Numbered from the whole stretch's first letter, positions 1 through 11,089 are shown. The stretch is DNA of 63,650 bases, filler included, from Octopus bimaculoides (GCF_001194135.2; 7 parts of 6 records of this genome joined end to end with filler, not necessarily neighbours in it), one strand, 5' to 3'. Made by a program: numbers and translations. Notes: generated by a model not told the origin, from the sequence alone.

Positions 1-27
1 TATATGTACCACGTACAAGATCCTTGA

Positions 28-46
28 TTATCTTCGTCGTTTACCA
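28..46 (-). CDS. Candidate second exon of paralog A (phase 2 gives N-G-K-R-R-R-stop)
   Basis: Acceptor gtgtatttcatcAG at 48-47. Joining AA|T GGT AAA CGA CGA AGA TAA gives NGKRRR*. Other acceptors exist in the intron, and the phase-1 frame (VNDEDNQGSCT) is also open. Confidence 0.35.
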
Positions 47-1169
47 CTGATGAAATACACAACAGTTAACTAAATTGAAACAGGAAAGTAAGAAAAGAAT
101 CTTCGTCTGTAACCAACAGCTAATGATTCGCTGATCTATTCTGAAGGAACCGAAATAGCATCGCAGATATTTGGTGACTCTATCGCCCTCCCTCACTGTC
201 GTTAAGAAGCAAAATTCTGTTGGTGATGTTATTAATAGCATGATCAGAAATTGGTTTCAGAGCTATGGATAAGAATTGGTGCAGAGAATGACACTGTATC
301 TGTAACGGCATTTCTCAAAGCAGTGAAAATCTTGTCAGTTCCCTTAAGAAAATACAAAGACTACGTGATATGATATACAGCGGAAAGAAAAACTGATAGC
401 ACTAACACTTTCTTTCTTGAAGATTTTAATCTGTACTCATGACACCAAAAGACAGATCTAGTCACACCCTCGTGGGATATAGAGACTGAATTTGATCAGG
501 ACAGTGTTCACAAATGGCTAAAAATAAGGAGTCTAATGGCCTGTCTCTCTTCCATCTCTCTAACTGTGTAGGTTATAAATAACTCAGAATCAACGAGAAC
601 ATTGTAAATGCTGGAGATGTTAGTAAAGACAGAATGCTTAAAGTGCGAAAATGATTAACTCATCTGGTTTTGTAAAATATGGAAGAAAAAACTATCTGTA
701 TTCAATAAAATTCTTTTCCATTATACTTTAGCATCACTAGTGTTAATAGCAACAACTGAGACACGAGACTACTATCAAGAATACAATGTATCTAGTAACA
801 TCCATAGAAACAGTGACACTGATGAGATCGATATTAAATGGACTGATGACGACAGAGGTATAAAGTTAGTCCGGACAGTCTGTAAGTGCGGCCTCGTTGC
901 AGTCCTTAAGTGTCCCATCATGGCATTATAAATACTGGGGCACCTTGAGTATGTTCTGTTGCAAGCTTTAAGGCTACGTCCCTTCCTTCCCATCAATCTT
1001 ATTGGTCCTGTAAAATGTTATGGGCTCAGGTCCTCCATCTTGACTAAAACATTAACACTCCCCAGACCATATATTTGGTGCAAATGCTGAATAACAGAAG
1101 AGATAGCATTAAAGGTACCCAAGGAGTAGATTGAGAGGTTAAATCGGGTGGAATGAAAGAATAACTCAC

Positions 1170-1435
1170 TTATTAGTCGACGCAGCAAGACCTTCCCCTT
1201 CAGATGTTGAGTTGCCAGCATCAACAGTTGCACTATGAGCCGATGGAGTTTCAGTTAATGATACATCTTCGCTCTCGGAAACTTCTTCATTCCCTAAAGG
1301 TTCTGCAATCACAGTCACTTCTTCATTACCCACCAACGGTCCTTCAGACACCAAAGGTCCATCAGTCACCAACTGTCCTTCAGTTACCCAAAGAACAACA
1401 GCGAAAACAAATAAGGAAAAGACGGGATTCTTCAT
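1170..1435 (-). CDS. Secreted acidic protein, paralog A, first coding exon (read-through ORF 1166-1435, 89 aa)
   Basis: Starts MKNPVFSLFVFAVVLWVTEG|Q, a signal-peptide pattern, with context aacagccATG. The mature part has 14 D/E, no K/R before the last codon, no Cys and an N-S-T sequon. The ORF ends AAT AA|GTGAGT, a canonical phase-2 donor at 1169-1164. Homologous to 8464-8726. Confidence 0.8.
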
Positions 1436-1661
1436 GGCTGTTATTTACTTCTTTTCAGTCCGCCCCTAATTTACTGACACACGAGTAATATCGGGAACAA
1501 TAGATTTGGTTAATACAGAACACAAAGGAAATATCTAAAGCTTCTTGTTGGAGTTATCTTGTCTTGTGGTGGTTCTTGTAACACAAAGTCTTCAACAACA
1601 GTAGCGGGATAGTATCAGCAGAGTCGGCTAGGCTCTATCACATCTCTACTAAACACACAAA

Positions 1662-1703
1662 TTTATAACAGGTCTCCAACATTCTCATCTGAAACTTGAT
1701 TGG
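1662..1703 (-). promoter_or_regulatory. CCAAT box (1703-1699) and TATA box (1667-1662) of paralog A
   Basis: The minus strand reads GGCCAATC and GTTATAAAT about 230 nt upstream of the ATG. The same motifs at the same spacing occur in paralog B and in copy C. Confidence 0.65.
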
Positions 1704-2611
1704 CCAGAAACAAGTTCTGAAGTCATAAAATCTAGGACAATAAAATAAAAGCCAAAAAAGTCACACACTTCACTCTATTTCACATCGTCAAAGCCACTGC
1801 CTTCAAGTCAGATAAAAGATCGCAAGTGAGAACTGGAAATCTCATATGAAAAAGAGCTATAAAGTATAAATTCGAACAAATTTTCACAACTTTATGAGCA
1901 TGTGCGTCCAAATATATANNNNNNNNNNNNNNNNNNNNNNNNNNNNNNNNNNNNNNNNNNNNNNNNNNNNNNNNNNNNNNNNNNNNNNNNNNNNNNNNNN
2001 NNNNNNNNNNNNNNNNNNNNNNNNNNNNNNNNNNNNNNNNNNNNNNNNNNNNNNNNNNNNNNNNNNNNNNNNNNNNNNNNNNNNNNNNNNNNNNNNNNNN
2101 NNNNNNNNNNNNNNNNNNNNNNNNNNNNNNNNNNNNNNNNNNNNNNNNNNNNNNNNNNNNNNNNNNNNNNNNNNNNNNNNNNNNNNNNNNNNNNNNNNNN
2201 NNNNNNNNNNNNNNNNNNNNNNNNNNNNNNNNNNNNNNNNNNNNNNNNNNNNNNNNNNNNNNNNNNNNNNNNNNNNNNNNNNNNNNNNNNNNNNNNNNNN
2301 NNNNNNNNNNNNNNNNNNNNNNNNNNNNNNNNNNNNNNNNNNNNNNNNNNNNNNNNNNNNNNNNNNNNNNNNNNNNNNNNNNNNNNNNNNNNNNNNNNNN
2401 NNNNNNNNNNNNNNNNNNNNNNNNNNNNNNNNNNNNNNNNNNNNNNNNNNNNNNNNNNNNNNNNNNNNNNNNNNNNNNNNNNNNNNNNNNNNNNNNNNNN
2501 NNNNNNNNNNNNNNNNNNNNNNNNNNNNNNNNNATATATAATATATATATATATATATATGTATATGTATATATATGTATATATATATTTATATATAGAG
2601 AGAGATGGTTG

Positions 2612-2880
2612 ATAAATATTGGGAGAAAAGGCTTTTTTCTATAAGGGCGTCCATAGGGGAAGTGTTCCGCCCAGTATAAATATTTAGAAGAATTGGCTAA
2701 GTCTACGCTGGAATCCAGGGGAGCAAGTGTCTGTCCCAGATAAATAATAAGAGGAAGGGGCTCTTTCGATAAAGGAATCCATAGGGGAATAGTTCTGGCC
2801 GAGTTAAACATTAGAGAAAGGGGAACCTTCTATGAAGAATTCCATAGGGTAAGGCTTTTCTGTAATATAAATAAAAGAAG
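2612..2880. repeat. Degenerate minisatellite, about 64-bp unit, 4 copies
   Basis: The TCCA(TA)GGG core recurs at 2650, 2714, 2778 and 2841. Units begin with (A)TAAA(T/C)A. Confidence 0.75.
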
Positions 2881-3125
2881 GAAAAAATTGTCTCAACAAG
2901 AAAGCATGTATATTTCAGCACATATATCAATAGTAATAAGACAAATGAAGTAGAGGCAATCATCCAGTGCTGAATATATGATTAATATAGAGACAATTGT
3001 TCAATTCATACAAAACGTAACATAGATTATGAAATAATATCAGAAGATATTATTTTCTTGGGAAGCATGCTGACGGCTCGACAACAAAACTGTGAAGTGA
3101 CGGAAGTATTTTTCCTTGATATGTA

Positions 3126-3163
<38 letters not shown>

Positions 3164-3723
3164 GGCGGGGGAGGGAGAGAGGGGGAATGTGTGTGTGTCT
3201 ATTGAAATTACAATTTCAAATGAGATAGCAGTTACAGGTAACCAAAATTCTTGTAACTAAAACCTGCTTCATCCTGCTCTTTTATGTGTATGTGTGCGCG
3301 AGAGAGAAAGAGACAGACAGACAGAGAGAAAAAATGGTGAAGAGAAATTTCATAATATTTGTAGAATCATTGTTGTAAATTTCAAATTCATCGATGATTT
3401 NNNNNNNNNNNNNNNNNNNNNNNNNNNNNNNNNNNNNNNNNNNNNNNNNNNNNNNNNNNNNNNNNNNNNNNNNNNNNNNNNNNNNNNNNNNNNNNNNNNN
3501 NNNNNNNNNNNNNNNNNNNNNNNNNNNNNNNNNNNNNNNNNNNNNNNNNNNNNNNNNNNNNNNNNNNNNNNNNNNNNNNNNNNNNNNNNNNNNNNNNNNN
3601 NNNNNNNNNNNNNNNNNNNNNNNNNNNNNNNNNNNNNNNNNNNNNNNNNNNNNNNNNNNNNNNNNNNNNNNNNNNNNNNNNNNNNNNNNNNNNNNNNNNN
3701 NNNNNNATATATATATACATGAG

Positions 3724-3827
3724 GGAAATGGAAAACGGAGACAAAAGCACAAGATGTTATTTCAGTCATTTATCACCGACATATGTTTCGATGGGTACAT
3801 TAATATCAATCCGGAAGGAAAAATAAG
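3724..3827 (+). repeat. Dispersed repeat; inverted homolog at 6338-6446
   Basis: aaacggagacaaa..caagatgttatttca.tcatt...atgtttcgatgg..cattaatat.aa.ccgg aligns with the reverse complement of 6338-6446. Confidence 0.65.
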
Positions 3828-3830
3828 TTG

Positions 3831-3879
<49 letters not shown>

Positions 3880-4765
3880 GTTGCTGCTGCTACTGCTGCT
3901 GCTGCTGCTGATGATAATGATGATGAGGAGGATGATGATGATAATACTGTATCTTCCATAGGTAATAATTCAAGCAATAATGCCTTGTATCAAAATATTC
4001 ACAAAGATAATCGTAGTAAATTTTAAAAAATAAACAGTGTAAGGGAGGTAACTATACTTCCTTACTCTGTGAAAATAAAAACAGCTCCAATTTTTTTAAT
4101 GAGAAATCCTCCTATAAATTGCACAATAAAACTATTTTGCTAATAAAACTATTTTGCTAATAAAACTATTTGGTTTCTTATTTCGTACGGTAAACAAATT
4201 AAAGTAATCTTCCGTACCTATATTGTAATGTCATCAAAAGTAACTTCACCCAAAATTCGAGGTACCATTCAATTCTTAATTCACATCGTATTAGAATTGG
4301 TTTTGGCAACACTAATAATCTCAAATAGATTATCTCGTCACTCAATTATATTCTTAACGGTAAAAGTGATCCACTTAGTAACTATAATAACAATAATATC
4401 AATAATAATAATAATCACTCTTTAATATTATTGATTCTAATATTATTTGTAATTGTGACCTAAATCGAACATATGTTTTCAACGGAAATTGCAAAATTAA
4501 ATATGTAGTCTAGGAATGAAAGGTTAATTCCAACAGCAAGGAATTTTTCTATATTGGCCTTTGCTCAACTGAGATAAAAAAAACAAAAAACGCATAGATG
4601 ATCATATTTCTACATTTACATATATTAGTAAATGTAATGGTCTTAGCAAACGAATATGGCATCTCAAAGACTTTAAGAAACTATTTGCTTTAGACTGGAG
4701 AATTTTGACAAGATCGTTCCCTTATAATAAAGACAAACCTTTTTGTTCTTACGCCATATTCCCAC

Positions 4766-5024
4766 GGGCATATGGCGTAGTGGTTAAGAGCGCGGGCTAC
4801 TAAGCCTAAGGTTCCGAGTTCGATTCACGGCAGCGACCTGATTAATAATAGTAATAATAATAATAATAATATAATAATAGTAACATCGTTAGGAATAAGA
4901 ACCCAGGTTCGAAATTTCCCCAAGACACCTGACGAAGGCTGGCGGGTATATCAGCCGAAACGTTGTGTTAACAACAAACAAGACGAGGACAAATATCCGT
5001 CAAATTTAAATAATGTAAATAATG
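4766..5024 (+). mobile_element. tRNA-derived SINE with (AAT)n spacer and a hammerhead-like body
   Basis: A box TGGCGTAGTGG at 4773-4783 and B box GAGTTCGATTC at 4816-4826. The body is repeated at about 36975-37135 (-) and 37445-37600 (+). The tail is AATGTAAAT repeats. Confidence 0.75.
4924..4969 (+). ncRNA. Minimal type I hammerhead ribozyme motif (Penelope/retrozyme-like)
   Basis: Stem I GACAC/GTGTT; core CTGACGA plus one extra A; stem II GGCTG/CAGCC; GAAA; palindromic minimal stem III (AACGTT); GUU triplet. Confidence 0.6.
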
Positions 5025-5069
5025 CTTTTTGTTCTTCTTGTACGGATGATCAACTCTCTGTTTTACTCT

Positions 5070-5465
5070 CTTTTACTCATTTCAGTCATTTGACTGTGGC
5101 CATGCTGGAGCACCGCCTTTAGTCGAGCAAATCGACCCCAGGACTTATTCATTGTAAGCCTAGTACTTATTCTGCCGGTCTCTTTTTGCCGAACCACTAA
5201 GTTACGGGGACCTAAACACACCAGCATCGGTTGTCAAGCGATGTTGTGGGGACAAACACAGACACACCAACATACACACATGCATACACATATATACACA
5301 TATATACGACGGGCTTATTTCAGTTTCCATCTACCAAATCCACTCACAAGACTTTGGTTGGCCCGAGGCTATAGTAGAAGCCACTTACACAAGGTGCCAC
5401 GCAGTGGGACTGAACCCGGAACCATGTGGTTTGTAAGCAAGCTACTTACCACACAGCCACTCCTA
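5070..5465 (-). mobile_element. tRNA-derived SINE family B
   Basis: The minus strand has the head GTGGCTGTGTGGTAAGTAGCTTG..GGGTTCAGTCCC. Related copies lie at about 39441-39680 (+), 13430-13555, 35010-35140, 49860-50020 and 51370-51590. Confidence 0.8.
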
Positions 5466-5685
5466 CTGTTTATCCTTTTTTCCAAACACACGTGTTTGGA
5501 AAAGAACGTGTTTACGAGTGTTTATTAAAGAAAAAAAAATCACACTTTCAACTATTTCAAATATCTGCTCTGTTTTTCTTAGTAATATCTGTAATTTTCA
5601 CTGTATTCTTTTCAATCCACACATCTCATTCTTTATAGTTTCTATCCATCTGACATTCCCTTTTCTATTTACTTGGTCCTCCGGT

Positions 5686-6127
5686 GTGGAGGCGCAATGG
5701 CCCAGTGGTTAGGGCAGCGGACTCACCGTCAAGGGATCGCGGTTTCGATTCCCAGACCGGGCGTTGTGAGCGTTTATTGAGCGAAAACACCTAAAGCTCC
5801 ACGAGGCTCCGGCAGGGGATGGTGGCGAACCCTGCTGNNNNNNNNNNACCTAAAGCTCCACGAGGCTCCGGCAGGGGATGGTGGCGAACCCTGCTGTACT
5901 CTTTCACCACAACTTCCTCTCACTCTTACTTCCTGTTTCTGTTGTGTCTGTAATTCAAAGGGCAGCCTTGTCACACTGTGTCACGCTGAATATCCCGTAG
6001 AACTACGTTAAGGGTACACGTGTCTGTGGAGTGCTCAGCCACTTGCACGTTAATTTCACGAGCGGGCTATTCCGTTGATCGGATCAACTGGAACCCTCGA
6101 CGTCGTAAGCGACGGAGTGCCAACAAC
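5686..6127 (+). mobile_element. tRNA-derived SINE family C
   Basis: Head GGCGCAATGGCCCAGTGGTTAGGGCAGCGG..GGTTTCGATTCCC, 3' end GGAGTGCCAACAAC. Copies at 9232-9420 (+, partial) and 9995-10372 (-). Confidence 0.85.
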
Positions 6128-7605
6128 ACTCTCTACTATTTTATTGATCAGTTTAATATTAATATAATCAAGGTGAGTGTCGGACGAAAGCCTTATAGTT
6201 TAAGTATGAAAGTGGACATAAGCCCCTCCGACAAATATATGTTATATATTATAATTACTTACATTTGCAAACATGGCTTCTTAATGAAGACTGTTATTTA
6301 TGACTTCTACCCTGATCAGATTCATACATTATTCCACCTTATTAATCCTCCCGGTTTAATATTAATGCATCCATCGAAACATGTATGTCAGTGGTATGAA
6401 TGATTGAAATAACATCTTGAGCGTTTGTCTCCGTTTGTCATTTCTCTTATATCCTCCAAAACACGTTTCACTTCTTCTTGGAAGTATTACCATTATACAC
6501 GTGGTTACTGATATCTTAAAAGTGATTATGTGAAATTCGGCTGCCCTGGTAACTATTTTTCCGGAACTTTCCTTGAATGTTAAATAATATATAAATACAA
6601 CTTATATATATTTTTTACTAGTATATATATATATATATATATAAATATATACAGTCTGTTAAAGTCTGTCATACCGGCCATGACGAAGAGAAATNNNNNN
6701 NNNNNNNNNNNNNNNNNNNNNNNNNNNNNNNNNNNNNNNNNNNNNNNNNNNNNNNNNNNNNNNNNNNNNNNNNNNNNNNNNNNNNNNNNNNNNNTACGTA
6801 CATATATACATACTTATATACATACATCATACATGCATATAAACATGTAGGTATATATGCGTGTATACATCGATACAATATACAAATACTGAATCGCTGT
6901 CCCGTCTCTCGTTTTGAATGGAACCAGTTTGCCTTTTTAAGATAATGTGAGGCCCAGGTGTGACGCAATACATGAGCCTTGCTGGAAGGAGACGAACGAG
7001 AGCGATCATGTGAGCGGAGTCATGATCAGTGTGGGGCTCTTTTGTTTCGGGGTTAGTGCTCTTGACGGATGCTGTGGCCGCATAAGTTGAGGGAATTTGC
7101 CGTTAGGTTCGTCAGGGTTTAGGCGAATTGGACTTTTACAGACATATTCTGCCTAAAATGTATCGGCAATACACAAGAATAAGGGAAGAAGGTTAACTAT
7201 GCTTCTGTCCCCGATTTTGTCCCCATACCAGAGATCTCAAACTCTTTTGGCGATGCTATCAATAGACTGAAAACAGGACGTTCTTCGGAGATATTGATAA
7301 GAATTAAAACTTAGGGTGACAACACCTGCTGAACCGTAAAGAGAGAAATAAGGACTTCAGGTGTATAATGAACAGCGAAAGTAAAAGTATCATGAGATTA
7401 AGTAAAACAAAAAAACGAAGAGTCCTAAACAGATATTCCATTTGAATGGAGGATAGGTGGAGTGGTTTATTCAGAGATGGAAGGGAAAAGCTCATCAGGT
7501 CAGCAACAAATTAAGCACGGGAACATATCTCGCAAGGTAGAAATTGCCAATACTGCTGACGGACGTAGTAGGTTCTGGAATTGCGATCAATACTTCATAT
7601 CTCAC

Positions 7606-7646
7606 CTGGAAGGCTANNNNNNNNNNNNNNNNNNNNNNNNNNNNNN
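7606..7646 (-). CDS. Candidate short second exon of paralog B, mostly inside a 30-N gap
   Basis: Acceptor ttttgttgatcaagtatttaacAG ends exactly at the gap edge (7648-7647). Donor CCAG|GTGAGA at 7605. The position corresponds roughly to the paralog A acceptor at 47. Confidence 0.35.
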
Positions 7647-8463
7647 CTGTTAAATACTTGATCAACAAAAGAGATGAGAAAAATTATCCCTAAACTTCCA
7701 CGCTATGACAGGAAATGTTTATTGTATTTAATAGACAGGGTGGACGCTATCACCCGTGTCATCAATAGCTGTGAGAAAACATCCGTAAGATATTTCGTCC
7801 CCATGCGGCATGACATTGTGGCTAAAATAAACTCTAATGCCATATGCAGGGAAACCTTCCGTGATAGCCATACTAAAGGCACAAAAGAAGTAAGTTCCAT
7901 CAAGAATACCGGCGGAACTTTCCATTGGAAACGGAAAACTCGATTGAACACAACAGGCCAGATATTGTTCCAAGGGATAGGAATCAAAGTTCATGCACTT
8001 TGTAGAGATTACCTGCTCGGTATATTTAATAATATGTCAGAGAAAAGGAGATCCATCAAGAAATAACGAAAACCATAGTTTTCATATACAGATTATAGAT
8101 TCTCATTTGTAACTATTATCAGAGATGCACTGAGCTAAGTAAAGACAGATCTGCATTAAAACAACAAACGCAGAGGTTTTTCTAACGACAATGTCTGTTT
8201 GGATGGCACACTTAACCTGCTACTCAATTTGATATCACCACAAGGTACCATGAGTTCATTCTGTTGTAAGAGTTAAAGTCAGGTCCTCTTCCTTCCTTTT
8301 TTCCCCACCAATCACTGAATCTCTGTAAGGCATTATGGTCTATAACCCTCTATATTTACAACGCAAAATCCTCACCAGATCATAAACTTGATTCAAATTT
8401 TTGATAACAAAATAGAAACATCCCACTAGAGATACCCAAGGGTGGAGTGAAACAGTAACTTAC

Positions 8464-8726
8464 GGAGGTGTCCAGACAGTAAGACTTTCTCCTGTAGTTG
8501 AATTACCAGAGTCATTATCGACCACCGTTTCATTATTCACCGAGGGATCTTCAGTCACTGACTCATATTCACCATCGGAATATGCATCATTCGATAATGC
8601 TCCATTGTCGGGCGGTCCGTCAGCCTCTTCTTCAGTAATCACTGACGGTACTTCAGTCGACTGCTGTCCTTCAGTTACCCAAACACCAGCAACGAGAACA
8701 AATAAGAAAAGGACGAGATTCTTCAT
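8464..8726 (-). CDS. Secreted acidic protein, paralog B, first coding exon (read-through ORF 8460-8726, 88 aa)
   Basis: Starts MKNLVLFLFVLVAGVWVTEG|Q with context aacagccATG. The mature part has 16 D/E, no K/R/C and sequons NET and NST. The ORF ends CCT CC|GTAAGT, a phase-2 donor at 8463-8458. Confidence 0.8.
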
Positions 8727-8972
8727 GGCTGTTATTTTCCTTCTATTCGGTGTTTCTCCTCTCCACGATCACACGAACAGTTTGTATTAACAGAGCGGAT
8801 AGAGTTGATTAATACAGAACACAGAATAAACGTCTAAATTTTCTTGTTGGATTTGACTTGTGGTGGTTCCTCCAATACAAAAAAGTCTTCAAACACAGTA
8901 GTGCGGGTGTCAGCAGCTGAATCCCGTTACACAATCGGCCTGGCTCTGTCACTTCTCTACTAAACGCTCACA

Positions 8973-9014
8973 TTTATAACAAACCCATCACAATCTCTGC
9001 TGCAAATTGATTGG
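8973..9014 (-). promoter_or_regulatory. CCAAT box (9014-9010) and TATA box (8978-8973) of paralog B
   Basis: Same motifs and same spacing as 1662-1703. Confidence 0.65.
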
Positions 9015-9994
9015 CCGAAAACAAGTTTTGATATCATCGAAATCCGGGAAGTTAAAACAAAGACAAGAAAAGACACTCCCTGCACTCCCTGTCCAACCAG
9101 CAGAACCATCAGACTACCTCAAAGTCAGATANNNNNNNNNNNNNNNNNNNNNNNNNNNNNNNNNNNNNNNNNNNNNNNNNNNNNNNNNNNNNNNNNNNNN
9201 NNNNNNNNNNNNNNNNNNNNNNNNNNNNNNNTCTTCCTGTTTCTGTTGTACCTGTATTTCAAAGGGTCAGCCTGGTCACACACTGTCTCACACATTGTGT
9301 CACACTGAATCTCCCCGAGTACTACGTTAAGCTACTTGCACGTTAATTTCACGAGTAGGCTGTTCCGTTGATCGGATCAACTGGAACCCTCGACGTCGTA
9401 AGCGCCGGAGTGCCAACAACGTAGTGACGGACGAAATACTGCGAAGCCTTTCATCCGGCACACTAACGATATTTCTAGCTTGCCGCCTTATACATGGCTG
9501 ATATTAATAATAAGAATATTGAAACGGCATAAGTTTTCTTTCTTCTTACCAAACAGATTAAAGTGAAAATGTTCAGATTGTAACACAACCATTTGAGCAT
9601 TTGTCGAAATGTATTCTGATATTTACTTTGGCACAATCTGTTCAACATTCAAATCACACTGACGTCACCTGCAAATGTTATCATTCCTGGAGCCGATAAA
9701 TAAAGTAACATCCAAAATCAGGTGCGTTGGTAGAGTCTTAGAAACGATACGGCTAGTGGCCCTCTCTTGTATGAATTATCAAAGAATGAAAGCAAAATAA
9801 GATAAAGGCATATAATTTCAGTTTTAAGAAGATTCACCTTAGAAATACTGTAACTTCAAAATAACAATACATAGACGCCTCAAATGTAAATAGACACCAC
9901 CGGTTTTGAAAGATTTATTTCTACAGACAAAATAATGTCATTTGATGTGTTAGAATACTTAATCTACTATTTAGTATACAATAGCTTACAAACA

Positions 9995-10372
9995 ATCGTG
10001 GCACTCCTTCGGTTTCGAGGGTTCCAGTTGATCCGATCAACGGAACAGCCTGCTCGTGAAATCAACGTGCAAGTGACTGAGCACTCCACAGACACGTGTA
10101 CCCTTAACGTAGTTCTCGGGGATATTCAGCATGACACAGTGCGACAAGGCTGACCCTTTGAATTACAGGCACAACAGAAACAGGAAGTAAGAGCGAGAGA
10201 AAGTTGTGGTGGAAGAGTACAGCAGGGTTCGCCACCATCCCCTGCCGGGAGCCTCGTGGAGCTTTAGGTGTTTTCGCTCAATAAACACTTACAACCCCCA
10301 CTCTTGGAATCGAAACCGTGATCCTATGACCGCGAGTCCACTGCCCTAACCACTGGGCCATTGCGCCTCCAC
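9995..10372 (-). mobile_element. tRNA-derived SINE family C, reverse copy
   Basis: Reverse complement of the element at 5686-6127. Confidence 0.85.
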
Positions 10373-10761
10373 CGTCCGTCACTATATTCTGAGTTCAAAT
10401 TTCATTGATGTCAGCTTTGAATTCCACCATTTCGGGGTCGATAAATTAAGAACCAGTGAAACACTGGGGCCAATGTAATCGACTAGTCCCCACCCCACAA
10501 TTTTGAGGCCTTGTACCTTCAGTAGAAAGAATTATTGTCAGTGATGTGTGACAGAAACGTTTCTTTATTGATCTCTCGAAGGGAGACAGCATTCTTCTAT
10601 TTGTTTCAGTTATTTGACTGCAGCCATGCTGGAATATCGCCTTTAGTCGAACAAATCGACCCCAGAGCTTATTCTTTGCAAGCTTATCACTTATTCTATC
10701 GGTCTCTTGGAGACACAAAACACACCAACGGTTGTCAAGCGATGGTGGAGGAACAAACACA

Positions 10762-10820
<59 letters not shown>

Positions 10821-11089
10821 ACACACACACACACACACATATATGTACAATTATAATTAAGATATCTAAGAGATACCACCATGCTAGAGATAGCAGTCAA
10901 AACTTGACACTAAAACCACATCATGTATTCATACAGCACCAGGTGAAGAGACAAATAGACAATTAAATTAGCAAAAAATTATTTGATAATCCCTGATCCG
11001 GATTTCTGGTTCTGTATAAAAATATACTCTACTTCATCAGTGGGATATACACAGATCGTATATAAATGCAAATATATACATATATACAA

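Noticed and set aside
47-85. Other CTGANGA hits (47, 7103, 11034, 33967, 42404, 55466)
   Set aside because: Each lacks GAAA after a stem II, or lacks stems I and III.
251-262. TGGTTTCAGAGC, resembling a tRNA-Met primer binding site
   Set aside because: One mismatch, with no adjacent LTR or gag/pol sequence.
1780-2811. Long ORFs spanning N gaps (also 28484-29374, 34124-34907, 48538-49271 and others)
   Set aside because: Their length comes from X codons and (TA)n or (CA)n tracts.
2770-2859. PMEF/PMDS motifs suggesting reflectin
   Set aside because: No M/FD(X)5MD(X)5MD repeat or Tyr/Met/Arg-rich composition, and the frame stops quickly.
4766-4840. tRNA-like sequences here and at 5686, 39441 and the SINE A heads
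   Set aside because: They have A and B boxes but no complete cloverleaf, and they continue into SINE bodies that recur in the window.
7674-8066. 130-aa plus-strand ORF and overlapping minus-strand ORFs (7703-7994; CFLT motif shared with 41-241)
   Set aside because: The similarity is explained by the intronic homology of the gene duplication. Splice sites are not conserved between copies and no domain is recognisable.
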